Assembly: GCA_965216785.1 (NCBI GenBank) | Contig: OZ244197.1 | Location: forward strand, 1,350,037-1,414,036 | DNA: 64,000 nt | Origin: Thermodesulfobacteriota bacterium | GTDB lineage: Bacteria; Desulfobacterota_D; UBA1144; Nemesobacterales; UBA2774 | Reading direction: 5' to 3' | Part shown: one piece after another, positions 30,280 through 39,544 of the stretch | Layout of the letters: the number at the start of each line of letters is the position of its first letter | How positions within the stretch are numbered: position 1 is the first letter of the stretch | Program-made: the position numbers and the translations under genes | The notes under the pieces: model-generated | Database searches by the model: none | What the model saw: only the letters and a program-made list of their open reading frames with translations | Told to the model about the DNA's origin: nothing

Positions 30280-30909
30280 TCACCTGCACGGACGCATTGC
30301 GCGCGCGTGGAGAGCGTGGATCTTTTTACTGCTGTTGAGCACGAGGCCGTCGAAAAAATTCACGGTCCAGGCATTTTGTGTAATGATTACGCTTGGAGTA
30401 GAAGTCCAGTAGTAGGTCGTTGCCATTTCTCCGTGAACACTGCTCGCTGGACGAAACGAGCCGTAGTCCACGATGCTCTGCAGCTCCTTTACATCCGGTA
30501 TACACCAGTCTCTGTGTCCGGTGAAACCACATTTCTCACCTTTAGCGCAGTCTTCGTCGCTTTTACACTCTGTTGCGCCTTCTCCCTCGCACGTGCTGTT
30601 AAGCGCTCTCAGAAAAACCTCAAACAGAGTGCCGTCGGGCTCTGAATCACTTTCCTCTCTCTGCGTCCATGTATATGTGTTGTCCACGTCGTGGACGCTT
30701 TCATCGTCTGTTTTAATCTCCCAGACAATCTTCGTTTTCTCATCCGTAAACGTTCCGTCTCCGTTGTCCTTGTAATGCTCCGCCGGGCCGTACCTTTCCA
30801 AGCCAAACGCATCTGGGATGAAAAACCCGGAGTAAAGAAAGTGACACACCGAAATGCAGATTAAGCCTAAAAAAAGCGGCAGCGATATTTTAAAAGAAAG
30901 CTTCTTCAT
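30280..30909 (-). CDS. DUF1566 (Lcl C-terminal domain) secreted protein
   Basis: 'WCIPDVKELQSIVDYG...YYWTSTP...NAWTVNFFDGLV...AMRPC' pattern. Confidence 0.55.
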   Translation of the reverse strand: MKKLSFKISLPLFLGLICISVCHFLYSGFFIPDAFGLERYGPAEHYKDNGDGTFTDEKTKIVWEIKTDDESVHDVDNTYTWTQREESDSEPDGTLFEVFLRALNSTCEGEGATECKSDEDCAKGEKCGFTGHRDWCIPDVKELQSIVDYGSFRPASSVHGEMATTYYWTSTPSVIITQNAWTVNFFDGLVLNSSKKIHALHARAMRPCR

Positions 30910-31022
30910 TTAGCTCCTACTCCTCAAAAGTGGATAGGCGGCAATGAATCGCCTCGCAAATAACCCACCTGAAAAGGAGATTTAATTACCCGGTAATAGC
31001 TGTGTCTGCGGTAATCATGCCT

Positions 31023-31634
31023 CTATTTCTTTTTCACTGCCGCCTTTGCCGCTCTTAGAACAGGATAGAATTGTGTGAATACCCAGTCCTCACCCGCAGT
31101 TGCCTGATGACAGGCGTTGCAAGACGCCGTTGGCTGCAATTTGCCGGATTCGGGGTAGGGAGGCGGTTTATGGCTGAATGAGAAATACACCCAGTTCCCG
31201 GGCTCGTCGGGATAGCGTTTTTTACTTTTATACGCGGCTTCGAGTCCGATGAAATCACCTTCAAAAAAGCCGTTTCCGCTAGAGGCTTTTGTTGCCCCAA
31301 CGCTCACAAGCTCCTTAATCAGCAGAGTCCCTTCGGGGAATTCCCCTGTTTTTGAATAATGATCAAAGCTATTTGGGTCCATGTAGACATTGTGAAACTC
31401 TGGGAAGGGCGCTTCGGGCGGATTGAGCGAGTTCGGAGTAACGGGAGTGCCTACGTATATCCACTTCCTCCACTCATAATCCTTGGGCTGAATCAGATTC
31501 CCATCCTTATCGAACTTGGCGTGTTCTTTAGCCTCCGCTTGAGGCTGGGCAAGAATCATCATGCTAAGAAGAAGTATTAAGGACGCGCATGCCAGTACGC
31601 TTACAAACAAATACTTTGATCTCAAATTTAACAT
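31023..31634 (-). CDS. Second cytochrome P460 / c'-beta family protein
   Basis: Signal peptide; C-terminal 'SCNACHQATAGEDWVFTQFYPVL'. Overall architecture resembles 29685-30233. Confidence 0.6.
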   Translation of the reverse strand: MLNLRSKYLFVSVLACASLILLLSMMILAQPQAEAKEHAKFDKDGNLIQPKDYEWRKWIYVGTPVTPNSLNPPEAPFPEFHNVYMDPNSFDHYSKTGEFPEGTLLIKELVSVGATKASSGNGFFEGDFIGLEAAYKSKKRYPDEPGNWVYFSFSHKPPPYPESGKLQPTASCNACHQATAGEDWVFTQFYPVLRAAKAAVKKK

Positions 31635-31649
31635 CTGACACCTCCTAAA

Positions 31650-31672
31650 AAAGATTTTTTAGAAAATCTTAT
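31650..31672 (-). promoter_or_regulatory. Palindrome AAGATTTTTT-AGAAAATCTT immediately upstream of the second P460 gene; putative operator
   Basis: Inverted repeat visible in 'ctaaaaaagattttttagaaaatcttatttgac'. Confidence 0.4.
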
Positions 31673-31916
31673 TTGACGGTGAGTATCAAACCTAAATCCA
31701 GTATTTATACAAAGTATCTACATTCCGATTCGAATTTTAGTTTCTATTGAAATAGTGTTAGAGACTCGTAAGAGCAGAGCTTGAAAACCGACCTAGAAAT
31801 TGAGACCCGCCGTGGCTCAAATTCTTAGCTCTCCTTAATATTAGGATCACTAACTAATTTTGACGATAACATATTGACATATTCAAATCAAGGGTTTTTA
31901 AATAGTGATGGGGAAT

Positions 31917-31951
31917 TATAAAAAAGGGGCGAAAGTCCCGCGCCCCTTTTT
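31917..31951 (-). terminator. Intrinsic terminator after the cupredoxin gene
   Basis: 'aaaaaaggggcgaaagtcccgcgcccctttttg'. Confidence 0.65.
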
Positions 31952-32016
31952 GTAGTCGATTGCTCTCTTGATAAACGCGCCGAATCGCGGAAAGCCCGCG
32001 CCGAACCCCGGCAGGA

Positions 32017-32370
32017 TTATTTTGCTACGGTGATCTGCGCTTTCATATTCGGATGATAGCGGCAGAAATATGTTTCATACATGCCTTTTTTAACAACTGT
32101 CTGCCACTTTCCTTCCGCCTCGATGAGTCCCGAGTCCCAGCTCTCGTCATCGGCTGTCACCGTATGCGGGATAAAATCGTAGTTTATCCATGTGATTGTG
32201 TCGCCGGGCGTTACGGTCAGCTCCTTGGGAGAGAACTCCAGGTTTCGTATCTCGACCACGTGCTCCTTTGCTACGGAGTCACCAGCCGCAGGGGGCTGGA
32301 CGGGCATTGATAATAGGACTGCGGCCGCAATCGCAACCACAGTCCTAAGTGAGGATGATAGTATGCTCAT
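32017..32370 (-). CDS. Blue-copper (plastocyanin/amicyanin-like cupredoxin) protein
   Basis: Type-1 Cu ligands 'FIPHTV' ... 'YFCRYHPNMKA' (C-x2-H-x2-M). Confidence 0.7.
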   Translation of the reverse strand: MSILSSSLRTVVAIAAAVLLSMPVQPPAAGDSVAKEHVVEIRNLEFSPKELTVTPGDTITWINYDFIPHTVTADDESWDSGLIEAEGKWQTVVKKGMYETYFCRYHPNMKAQITVAK

Positions 32371-32371
32371 T

Positions 32372-32932
32372 TTATTTGTTGACCGCATCGACCATATTCT
32401 GGGCATGCTGCTCGTGGCTTTTGAAGATTACGATAGCCTGACCGAAGAGCTCTTTCATCTGAGGGTTTTGAATGTTGGGGATGAACGTGCCCTCAACTAA
32501 AGAGTTAACGGCCTGATGGTAGGCAAGCTCGTTCTCCGCATATCTCTTATCGAACTCAGCTCCACTCAAAGCGCTCATCTCTTCTACAAGCTGGTCAGCC
32601 TGCTTGTTCAGGTTCTGGCTCAAGAAGTTGTCCTGAGGCTGTGCGCCCAGTTTCTGTAAAAGCGCGAGGGCCTGCTCGTTAACGCCGGTGTGGTCGCGCA
32701 CCATGGTCTCGGCAAACTCTATCACGACCGGGTTCTTTGACTTAGCCAGCGCCAAATGCGCGTAGCGGATGTCGATGTTGTCCGCCGTATAGGCTACGTG
32801 CGCTATCTCAAGGTCGTTAAGGTCCGCAGGGGACGGAGCCTTGTCGGCCGATGCAGAGATGGAAGCTGCGGCAAAGATAATAGCCACTGCCAAGAAAGCG
32901 AAAACTGATCTAATAATAGTTTTCTTACTCAT
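32372..32932 (-). CDS. DUF4142-like secreted protein
   Basis: Signal peptide; helical repeats 'DIRYAHLALAKSKNP...MVRDHTGVNEQALALLQKLG...FDKRYAENELAYHQ'. Confidence 0.5.
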   Translation of the reverse strand: MSKKTIIRSVFAFLAVAIIFAAASISASADKAPSPADLNDLEIAHVAYTADNIDIRYAHLALAKSKNPVVIEFAETMVRDHTGVNEQALALLQKLGAQPQDNFLSQNLNKQADQLVEEMSALSGAEFDKRYAENELAYHQAVNSLVEGTFIPNIQNPQMKELFGQAIVIFKSHEQHAQNMVDAVNK

Positions 32933-32989
32933 AGTTGTTACTACCTCCTAAGTGTTATTGGTTAAACAACTTGATGTCGTACCAAAATA

Positions 32990-33451
32990 TCAGAGATCCG
33001 CCGGGTTTTTGTCTTTAATTCCTGGCCAGTTCTGATCGGCTTTGACGATGTTTCCGGGGATGTCTTCAAACCACATTTTCTGAATGTTTCTGTCTAGGTT
33101 CAAGTAGAGCTTACCGTCAACTATCTTCCAGACTTCGGGGTCGCCTACGAACTTCTTATTGACTGAAACACCGAAAGCGCAGTATCCGCCGTACGCGGGG
33201 AGATACTTCTCCGGGTTCTTCTCAAACGCCTTTTTATTTTCCTCGTTTGCGAAAAGGTAAGTAACACCGTCTACGACCACGAGGTTGTTGCCGTCGCCCC
33301 TCACTGGTTTTCCTTCCGTGTGGTAGGAAACGAGGTCGTATCCGAGCACGCCCGTGGTGCTAGTTTCAACGCCCGCTGCAAATGAGTCAGCGGCCCAAAA
33401 GCTAACTGCTACTACAAATACCGTTAATATTAAAGATTTGATTCTGTTCAT
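32990..33451 (-). CDS. Secreted YHS-domain protein
   Basis: 'GYDLVSYH..GKPVRG....VVVDGVTYLFANEENKKAFEKNPEKYLPAYGGYCAFG'. Confidence 0.65.
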   Translation of the reverse strand: MNRIKSLILTVFVVAVSFWAADSFAAGVETSTTGVLGYDLVSYHTEGKPVRGDGNNLVVVDGVTYLFANEENKKAFEKNPEKYLPAYGGYCAFGVSVNKKFVGDPEVWKIVDGKLYLNLDRNIQKMWFEDIPGNIVKADQNWPGIKDKNPADL

Positions 33452-33515
33452 GATAATCTCCTTATAAGTTTATTTTTCGGAGAGGTTTACTCCCCTATAC
33501 CTTTTAAATCTCTAC

Positions 33516-34034
33516 TTACACATATCTGATGTGGTACTTCTCTGAGAGCGCATCGATTTGTTCCTGAGTGGGCTCGCCTTTTGCGTAAAGTGCGGCCATC
33601 TCGACGAAGTAGTTATCGAACTGCCCCGGCAGTATGGTGTCTATAACGATGCTAGGCTTGTCGCCTACGTTTGTGAAGCCGTGGGATATCCCGCGCGGCA
33701 ACAGCGCCGTAACGCCCGGAACCGCAAGCATGGTCTGATCGCCGAGGGATACCTCGATCTCGCCCTCGAGCACGTACACGAGCTCGTCTTCGTTCTCGTG
33801 TACGTGGGAAAGGACTCCCTTGCCCGGAGGGGTTACGATCTGGATCACCGAAAATACGTTATTGGTATCCTGGCTCTTCACCTTGTGTATGAAGTCGCCG
33901 CCCGCTATGTTTAGCACGTCGCCGCCGTCCGGTACTACAATGATGGGGTCCTGCGTGAAGGAGTTTCCTTCCCCGTCTACAAAGTAGACGCTGTCCTTTG
34001 CTTCAGCTGGATTGTTTACTGACATGTTTATCAC
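33516..34034 (-). CDS. Cupin-domain protein
   Basis: 'GKGVLSHVHENEDELVYVLEGEIEV...LPRGISHGF' two-His cupin motifs. Confidence 0.65.
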   Translation of the reverse strand: MINMSVNNPAEAKDSVYFVDGEGNSFTQDPIIVVPDGGDVLNIAGGDFIHKVKSQDTNNVFSVIQIVTPPGKGVLSHVHENEDELVYVLEGEIEVSLGDQTMLAVPGVTALLPRGISHGFTNVGDKPSIVIDTILPGQFDNYFVEMAALYAKGEPTQEQIDALSEKYHIRYV

Positions 34035-34269
34035 CTCCTAGTGATAATTTATGACGTTTGGATTTTGAGATCGTCATAATCATGCCCTCTATAAGTACAA
34101 GAGCCGTGCCAAGAGGCGCGCGGTTTGTGAAAAGCGGGTGTAACACCCCTTCATCATTCAGTATTGTGTCGGTCCGGAGGTGAGTCTGCCAAGCTGAGGT
34201 ACACGGTGGCCGTTACGGAATATCACAACGTACCGATATGCCACGACTTGGCGGGTGGGTGGAGGGAAA

Positions 34270-34376
34270 GCAGGATAAAATAAAGATAGCGATTGCCGGA
34301 GAGATCCAGAATCAAGTTCAGGACATGGTCCGGGATGACAAGTAGTGCTGGTGCCCGGGGCCGGACTCGAAGCGGC
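34270..34376. repeat. 107-bp direct repeat, copy 1: duplicate of the tRNA-Leu 3' end plus ~77 bp of 3' flank
   Basis: Three mismatches against 34411-34517. Contains 'tggtgcccggggccggactcgaagcggc', which is the tRNA 3' end. Confidence 0.8.
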
Positions 34377-34378
34377 GG

Positions 34379-34409
34379 GGGGCAGAGGCGAGCGCTTTAT
34401 AGCGATGCC
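34379..34409 (-). repeat. Inverted single copy of the 32-bp element GGCATCGCTGTGAAGCGCTCGCCTCTGTCCCC (tandem copies at 39261-39340)
   Basis: 'ggggcagaggcgagcgctttatagcgatgcc' is the reverse complement of the 39.3-kb core with 3 substitutions and 1 indel. It sits exactly between the two 107-bp repeats. Confidence 0.65.
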
Positions 34410-34410
34410 T

Positions 34411-34517
34411 GCAGGATAAAATAAAGATAGCGATTGCCGGAGAGATCCCGAATCAAGTTCAGGACATGGTCCGGGATGACAAGTGGTGCTGGTGCCCGGG
34501 GCCGGACTCGAACCGGC
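34411..34517. repeat. 107-bp direct repeat, copy 2; overlaps the genuine tRNA-Leu 3' end
   Basis: See 34270-34376. Confidence 0.8.
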
Positions 34518-34578
34518 ACGAGCGTGAACTCGAGGGATTTTAAGTCCCTTGCGTCTACCAATTCCGCCACCCGGGCAC
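34490..34578 (-). tRNA. tRNA-Leu (UAA), long variable arm, encoded CCA
   Basis: RC 'gtgcccgggtggcggaattggtagacgcaagggacttaaaatccctcgagttcacgctcgtgccggttcgagtccggccccgggcacca'; anticodon loop 'ctTAAaa'. Confidence 0.85.
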
Positions 34579-34720
34579 AGTAGGGCGGGCTCACTATTAT
34601 AAAAACAAGAAAGAATAATAGCGGGAAGATTTGTATTTTACAGTTTTTACAGAGTCATTCAATAGCGGGCGGCTCATTACTTAAGAGAAATGATTGTTTA
34701 ATTCCAGGGATCGGCAGAAT

Positions 34721-35071
34721 TTACAAATCACTTTTCATCTCTTCTATCTCTTTATTAAGGAAATAGGACAATATGGTTCTTATAACTACGATACCGCCTA
34801 GAAAAATAAGCTCTTCCGTTGTTTGATGCAGAACCGTTTTTATTATATCGGCGACTATCATTATTTCTAAACCCAGCAAAAGATAACTGCCCAAAAAACA
34901 CCTGATAGTTTTTATATCAGAGCTGCTAAGAGTTTTATTCCTTATCCTCAGCGCAAAATAGTCATACATTGCTTTTATGAAACCCCATAAAATAAATAAT
35001 ATCGCTACTATATCTATAATCTCTGTTACCGGAGTAAAGATAGATACGATGAATTCTTCAAAATGAAGCAT
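34721..35071 (-). CDS. DUF1622-like small membrane protein
   Basis: Three TM helices; 'IRTILSYFLNKEIEE'. Confidence 0.5.
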   Translation of the reverse strand: MLHFEEFIVSIFTPVTEIIDIVAILFILWGFIKAMYDYFALRIRNKTLSSSDIKTIRCFLGSYLLLGLEIMIVADIIKTVLHQTTEELIFLGGIVVIRTILSYFLNKEIEEMKSDL

Positions 35072-35473
35072 GTGTGCCCCCCTGATAATTATTTATTTTC
35101 ATATCCTGAAGCGAAAGCCCCGGAGTCCTTTCTCTAACCACATTGATATCATCTAATTTACTTTACTCCGATTGCTATTAAAAACTTTGAGGCTTATATG
35201 ACCTACTACTTTAGACTTCGTATGACGAAATAAGTAGCGTCCGCCTGCCCCTGCTTATTACCCCAGTATCTCCAAAATATAAAATTCACCAAATATCGTG
35301 GATTCACTAAATATCCAAGATACCTCTAACTCACCAAAATTGTAGAGAACCCCTCCGGAATTAAGCATTATCACGTCATTCTAGAGGCTTAGAGCCCTCT
35401 TCGCTCATCAGAGGAGCCGTGGCACGCGCGTTGCACTTAAGGGGCGTATCAAAAAAATTCAGGAGGCAGTAAC

Positions 35474-36451
35474 ATGACTTACATTATGAGACAAACGGTT
35501 TTAGTTTTATTCGCCATTGTGATGATAGGGCAAGCGGCGGCATTCGCGGGAGAGCAGACAGCACCTCCCACTCAGACCCTTCATAAGACGGTGAAGATAG
35601 ACGGGCTGGACATATTCTACAGGGAAGCGGGCCCTAAGGACGCACCGACGATCCTTCTGCTGCACGGGTTCCCTACTTCATCGCATATGTTCAGGAACCT
35701 TATCCCGGCCCTTTCGGACAAGTACCACGTGGTGGCTCCGGATTACCCCGGATACGGGTTCAGCTCTATGCCCACGGTGGACGAGTTTGACTACACTTTC
35801 GACAACTTGGCCGCGGTAATGGAAAAGTTTATAGATAAGCTCGGGCTGGATAGCTACAGCCTTTACCTTCAGGACTACGGCGCGCCGGTAGGTTTCCGCA
35901 TCGCCGCGAAGAGTCCTGAGAAGGTGGAAGCGCTTATCGTCCAGAACGGAAACGCCTACGAAGAGGGGCTGCGCGAGTTCTGGGTTCCGCTGAGAGCCTA
36001 CTGGAAGGACCGCTCGGAAAAGAACGCCGCTGTGCTAAGAGAGTTCCTTACACTCGATACTACCAAGTGGCAGTACACCCACGGCGTCAGGAACGTCGAG
36101 ACGATAAGCCCCGACAACTGGGGGCACGTACAACCGCTGCTTGACCGCCCGGGCAACCAGGAGATACAGCTTGCGCTATTTTACAGCTACGGCTCAAACC
36201 CTCCGCTCTATCCCGACTGGCAGGCGTACATGAGAAAGCACCAGCCCCCGACGCTGATCGTATGGGGTAAGAACGACTACATATTCCCGGCTGAGGGCGC
36301 ATATCCCTACAAGCGGGACCTTAAGAACGTTGACTTCAATATACTCGACACCGGGCACTTTGCCCTGGAAGAGGACCTTGAGGTCATTACAGGGCACATT
36401 CGGAGATTTATGTCTGAGAACGTAAACAAAAACTCCTCTGCCAAAAAATAG
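35474..36451 (+). CDS. Secreted alpha/beta hydrolase (epoxide-hydrolase/haloalkane-dehalogenase-like)
   Basis: '[19 protein letters not shown]...[14 protein letters not shown]...[12 protein letters not shown]' (HGxP oxyanion hole, nucleophile Asp within 'LQDYG'). Confidence 0.7.
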   Translation: MTYIMRQTVLVLFAIVMIGQAAAFAGEQTAPPTQTLHKTVKIDGLDIFYREAGPKDAPTILLLHGFPTSSHMFRNLIPALSDKYHVVAPDYPGYGFSSMPTVDEFDYTFDNLAAVMEKFIDKLGLDSYSLYLQDYGAPVGFRIAAKSPEKVEALIVQNGNAYEEGLREFWVPLRAYWKDRSEKNAAVLREFLTLDTTKWQYTHGVRNVETISPDNWGHVQPLLDRPGNQEIQLALFYSYGSNPPLYPDWQAYMRKHQPPTLIVWGKNDYIFPAEGAYPYKRDLKNVDFNILDTGHFALEEDLEVITGHIRRFMSENVNKNSSAKK

Positions 36452-36569
36452 TTTCCAACTAAAAGACAGAACGAGCAGGCCGCGCTCTGAAAATGGCGCG
36501 GTCTGCGTTTCTTATGACAAACAGGCTCTGCTTACAGGGGCTAAATCACATAAAACGGAGGTATTCAAA

Positions 36570-37241
36570 ATGGCATTACCCGATCCCGGAGTAAAAGTAG
36601 ATAAGACTAATACGGCACTGCTGATTACGGACCCGCAGAACGATTTCCTCAGCCCCGAGGGGGTTACGTGGGGAGTCGTCGGCGAGAGCGTCACGGAGAA
36701 CAATACGGTCTCGAACCTTGAGCAGCTCTTTAAGACGGCTAAGAAAAGGGGCATCCCGGTATTCATCTCTCCTCACTATTATTACCCGACAGACCACGGG
36801 TGGAAGTTTGAGGGAGCGCTCGAGAGACTGATGCACTATTTAGGTATGTTCGACAGAAAAGGCCCTCTCAGTCTGGAGGATTTCGAGGGCTCGGGGGCCG
36901 ATTGGCTTGAGCGCTACAAAGGCTATATAAACGACGGGGAAACAGTAGTTTGCAGCCCGCACAAGGTTTACGGCCCTGAGACAAACGACGTCGTTCTACA
37001 GCTCAGGAAGCGCGGCATCGGAAGAGTGGTACTGGCCGGGATGTCGGCAAACCTGTGCGTAGAGTCGCACCTGAGGGAGCTGCTTGAGACAGGGTTTGAG
37101 GTCGCGGTTGTAAAGGACGCCACCGCGGCGGCCAAGGTGCCCGAAGGCGACGGCTATGAGGCCGCTCTTACGAATTTCCGCTTTCTCGCCGGAACCGTCT
37201 GGACTACGAAAGAAGCCGTAAGGCACATGAATAAAAGCTGA
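36570..37241 (+). CDS. Isochorismatase-family hydrolase
   Basis: 'TALLITDPQNDF' and 'VVLAGMSANLCVESHLRELLETGFEVAVVKDA' (catalytic Cys). Confidence 0.7.
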   Translation: MALPDPGVKVDKTNTALLITDPQNDFLSPEGVTWGVVGESVTENNTVSNLEQLFKTAKKRGIPVFISPHYYYPTDHGWKFEGALERLMHYLGMFDRKGPLSLEDFEGSGADWLERYKGYINDGETVVCSPHKVYGPETNDVVLQLRKRGIGRVVLAGMSANLCVESHLRELLETGFEVAVVKDATAAAKVPEGDGYEAALTNFRFLAGTVWTTKEAVRHMNKS

Positions 37242-37315
37242 TATCTGCGGCTCTTAAATAATTTCTCTAAATCCAACCAAACACCGTCCCGGCTCTTTGG
37301 AATTATTAACAGGTT

Positions 37316-37900
37316 CTATGCCGGGGCGGGTTCCGTAAGTACCTTTTCAATATTTTTAAGCGCTTCCCTAAACGGCTTTGTCGAGCCGATTCCTCTTGAG
37401 AGCACTAGTCCTCCTTGAAGCAGAGTCAAAGCGTTTACGGCTCTTGACTGAGCTTCCTCTTTACTAACCCCATTTTCCTCCAAAACGCCAGCAATCGTGC
37501 TTATTAATGTCTTGAAACCGTTCTTTATAGATTTGGCGAACGGCCCCTTATCTATAGTGGGATGAGAGAGCATGTTCAGCAGGCAGGACTCGTTTCCGCC
37601 AGCGTAGAGGTTGTTAAGCTCCTTTACGAGGTGCTTGATTTTCTTGTCGGGAGTGAGCTTGCCGTCTTTACTCCTTAGGGGCTCAATTATGTTCTCGGCT
37701 ATCCACGCGTCGGCAAAGTCCAGCACCGATTGGGCCATCTCTTCCTTGCCACCGGGAAAGCGGTGGTATAGGCTTGCTTTCTGAAGCCCCGTTACCTCGG
37801 CGAGCACGGTCATCGACGCCCCTTCGTATCCGTAGTTCCTGAACACCTTGGCCAGTCTCTCCATGAGTTCCTGATCGCTTACTTTCGCAGTTCGAGCCAC
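37316..37900 (-). CDS. TetR/AcrR-family transcriptional regulator
   Basis: HTH 'ASMTVLAEVTGLQKASLYHRFPGGKEEM'. Confidence 0.75.
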   Translation of the reverse strand: MARTAKVSDQELMERLAKVFRNYGYEGASMTVLAEVTGLQKASLYHRFPGGKEEMAQSVLDFADAWIAENIIEPLRSKDGKLTPDKKIKHLVKELNNLYAGGNESCLLNMLSHPTIDKGPFAKSIKNGFKTLISTIAGVLEENGVSKEEAQSRAVNALTLLQGGLVLSRGIGSTKPFREALKNIEKVLTEPAPA

Positions 37901-37991
37901 ATGAGCCTCCTATTCTTTACTGAACATTCGTTATAATGTACCTGTAATCACTCATAAATAAATAATTTTTACAAACTACTGAAAAAAACTA

Positions 37992-38041
37992 TTGACAAAC
38001 TATTTGTATTTCACTACAATAATTATACCGAACGTTCGGTA
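37992..38041 (+). promoter_or_regulatory. Sigma-70-like promoter (TTGACA-17-TACAAT) overlapped by a perfect 16-bp palindrome TACCGAACGTTCGGTA; putative TetR operator
   Basis: Read from 'attgacaaactatttgtatttcactacaataattataccgaacgttcggtaatt' in the divergent TetR / sigma-54-activator intergenic region. Confidence 0.5.
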
Positions 38042-38071
38042 ATTATCAAGTAGAGTTAAGGAGGTTTCAGA

Positions 38072-39124
38072 ATGTCTTGCAAAATAGCCGATATGAATTA
38101 TCTCTGTGAGCGGGGTAAAAATTCTTCACCGGCCGTGCGCTATCTAAAGCTGTCTAGGGCAGGAGATTACTCGGGTGTGTTTAATAATATCGTAGGTAAG
38201 AGCACGGCGCTAAGGGCTGTGCTGAGTAAGGCAAGGCTCGTAGCGGGAACAAACGCTACAGTGTTGATTACCGGGGAGACCGGTACGGGTAAGGAGCTGA
38301 TCGCCAGGGCCGTTCATAACGAGAGCCCGCGAAGAGAGCGCCCTATGGTAAAGGTCAACTGCTCGGCGCTTCCCGCAAACCTCATAGAGAGCGAGCTGTT
38401 CGGCCATGAGAAAGGAGCTTTCACCGGGGCCATAGATAAAAAGATAGGACGGTTCGAGCTTGCGGACAAGGGTACGATATTCCTTGACGAGATCGGGGAC
38501 ATGCCGCTTGAGCTTCAAGCCAAGCTATTGAGAGTGCTTCAGGAAGGTGAGTTTGAGAGGCTCGGAAACCCCAGGACCATTAAAGTGGACACACGCGTCA
38601 TCGCGGCCACGAACCTTAACTTTGAAGAGGCGATTAAAGAAGGAAAATTCCGTGAAGACCTCTTTTACAGGCTAAACGTATTTCCCCTCCACGCACCGCC
38701 CCTCAGAGAAAGAAAAGAAGACATACCGGGGCTTGTTTCTCACTTCAGCGTAAAGCTGGGCGCGAAGGTAGGTAAGGAAATACATTCCATAAGTTATAAA
38801 GCGCTCGATCAACTCTCGCAATATGATTGGCCCGGTAACGTGCGTGAGCTTGAAAACGCTATAGAAAGAGCGATTATCACAGCCGAGAATAGCACGATAC
38901 AGCCCGGGGAATGGATACCTCAAAAGAATAAGACACCGCTTGCTTCGGATGAAATATATACTTTAGAGGAAAACGAGAAGCGCCTAATCATGAGGGTCAC
39001 CGAGCTTACGGGTGGTATTTTGAGCGGCGAAAGGGGCGCGGCAAAACTGCTCGGAATTAACCCCAATACGCTGCGGAGCCGAATGGAGAAACTTGGTATA
39101 AAAAGACGGCTCAGTGTTTGTTAG
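38072..39124 (+). CDS. Sigma-54-dependent transcriptional activator: AAA+ plus Fis-type HTH with no N-terminal sensor domain (PspF-like)
   Basis: '[15 protein letters not shown]', GAFTGA motif 'EKGAFTGAI', 'RVIAATN', and C-terminal HTH '[21 protein letters not shown]'. Strong SD 'aaggagg' before ATG 38072. Confidence 0.8.
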   Translation: MSCKIADMNYLCERGKNSSPAVRYLKLSRAGDYSGVFNNIVGKSTALRAVLSKARLVAGTNATVLITGETGTGKELIARAVHNESPRRERPMVKVNCSALPANLIESELFGHEKGAFTGAIDKKIGRFELADKGTIFLDEIGDMPLELQAKLLRVLQEGEFERLGNPRTIKVDTRVIAATNLNFEEAIKEGKFREDLFYRLNVFPLHAPPLRERKEDIPGLVSHFSVKLGAKVGKEIHSISYKALDQLSQYDWPGNVRELENAIERAIITAENSTIQPGEWIPQKNKTPLASDEIYTLEENEKRLIMRVTELTGGILSGERGAAKLLGINPNTLRSRMEKLGIKRRLSVC

Positions 39125-39244
39125 GCTAAAAGATAAGTTACTTCGAGGGAACGCGGTGACCACCGCAATCCCGGACACTCACGACTGCTCTATAGTTTTA
39201 CTCCCATAGATCCGCTACATATTCCGGTCTGTCCTCGGACTCTG

Positions 39245-39340
39245 ATTTGATTCCTGCCCCGGCATCGCTGTGAAGCGCTCGCCTCTGTCCCCTGATTTTA
39301 TTCCCGCGGGCATCGCTGTGAAGCGCTCGCCTCTGTCCCC
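39245..39340 (+). repeat. Two tandem 48-bp units sharing an identical 32-bp core GGCATCGCTGTGAAGCGCTCGCCTCTGTCCCC
   Basis: Cores at 39261-39292 and 39309-39340 are identical. An inverted third copy lies at 34379-34409. Confidence 0.8.
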
Positions 39341-39544
39341 ATTACGATATATCACAGAATTATTTTATTTCGCTATTAAATCTCATGATCCAAAGCTCGT
39401 GTGCGGGCGTATTATTGTGCAACTGATCAACATTGTTTAACGATAACAGGCGCTTGTATGGCTTAAATCAGCATAAAACGCACGTTTGGCACAGGGCTTG
39501 CACTTATCACGAATGTAAAAATAAAGGTGTTACGGAGAGTTAAG

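Noticed and set aside
34397-34594. 65-aa minus-strand ORF
   Set aside because: It overlaps tRNA-Leu and the 107-bp repeat; spurious.
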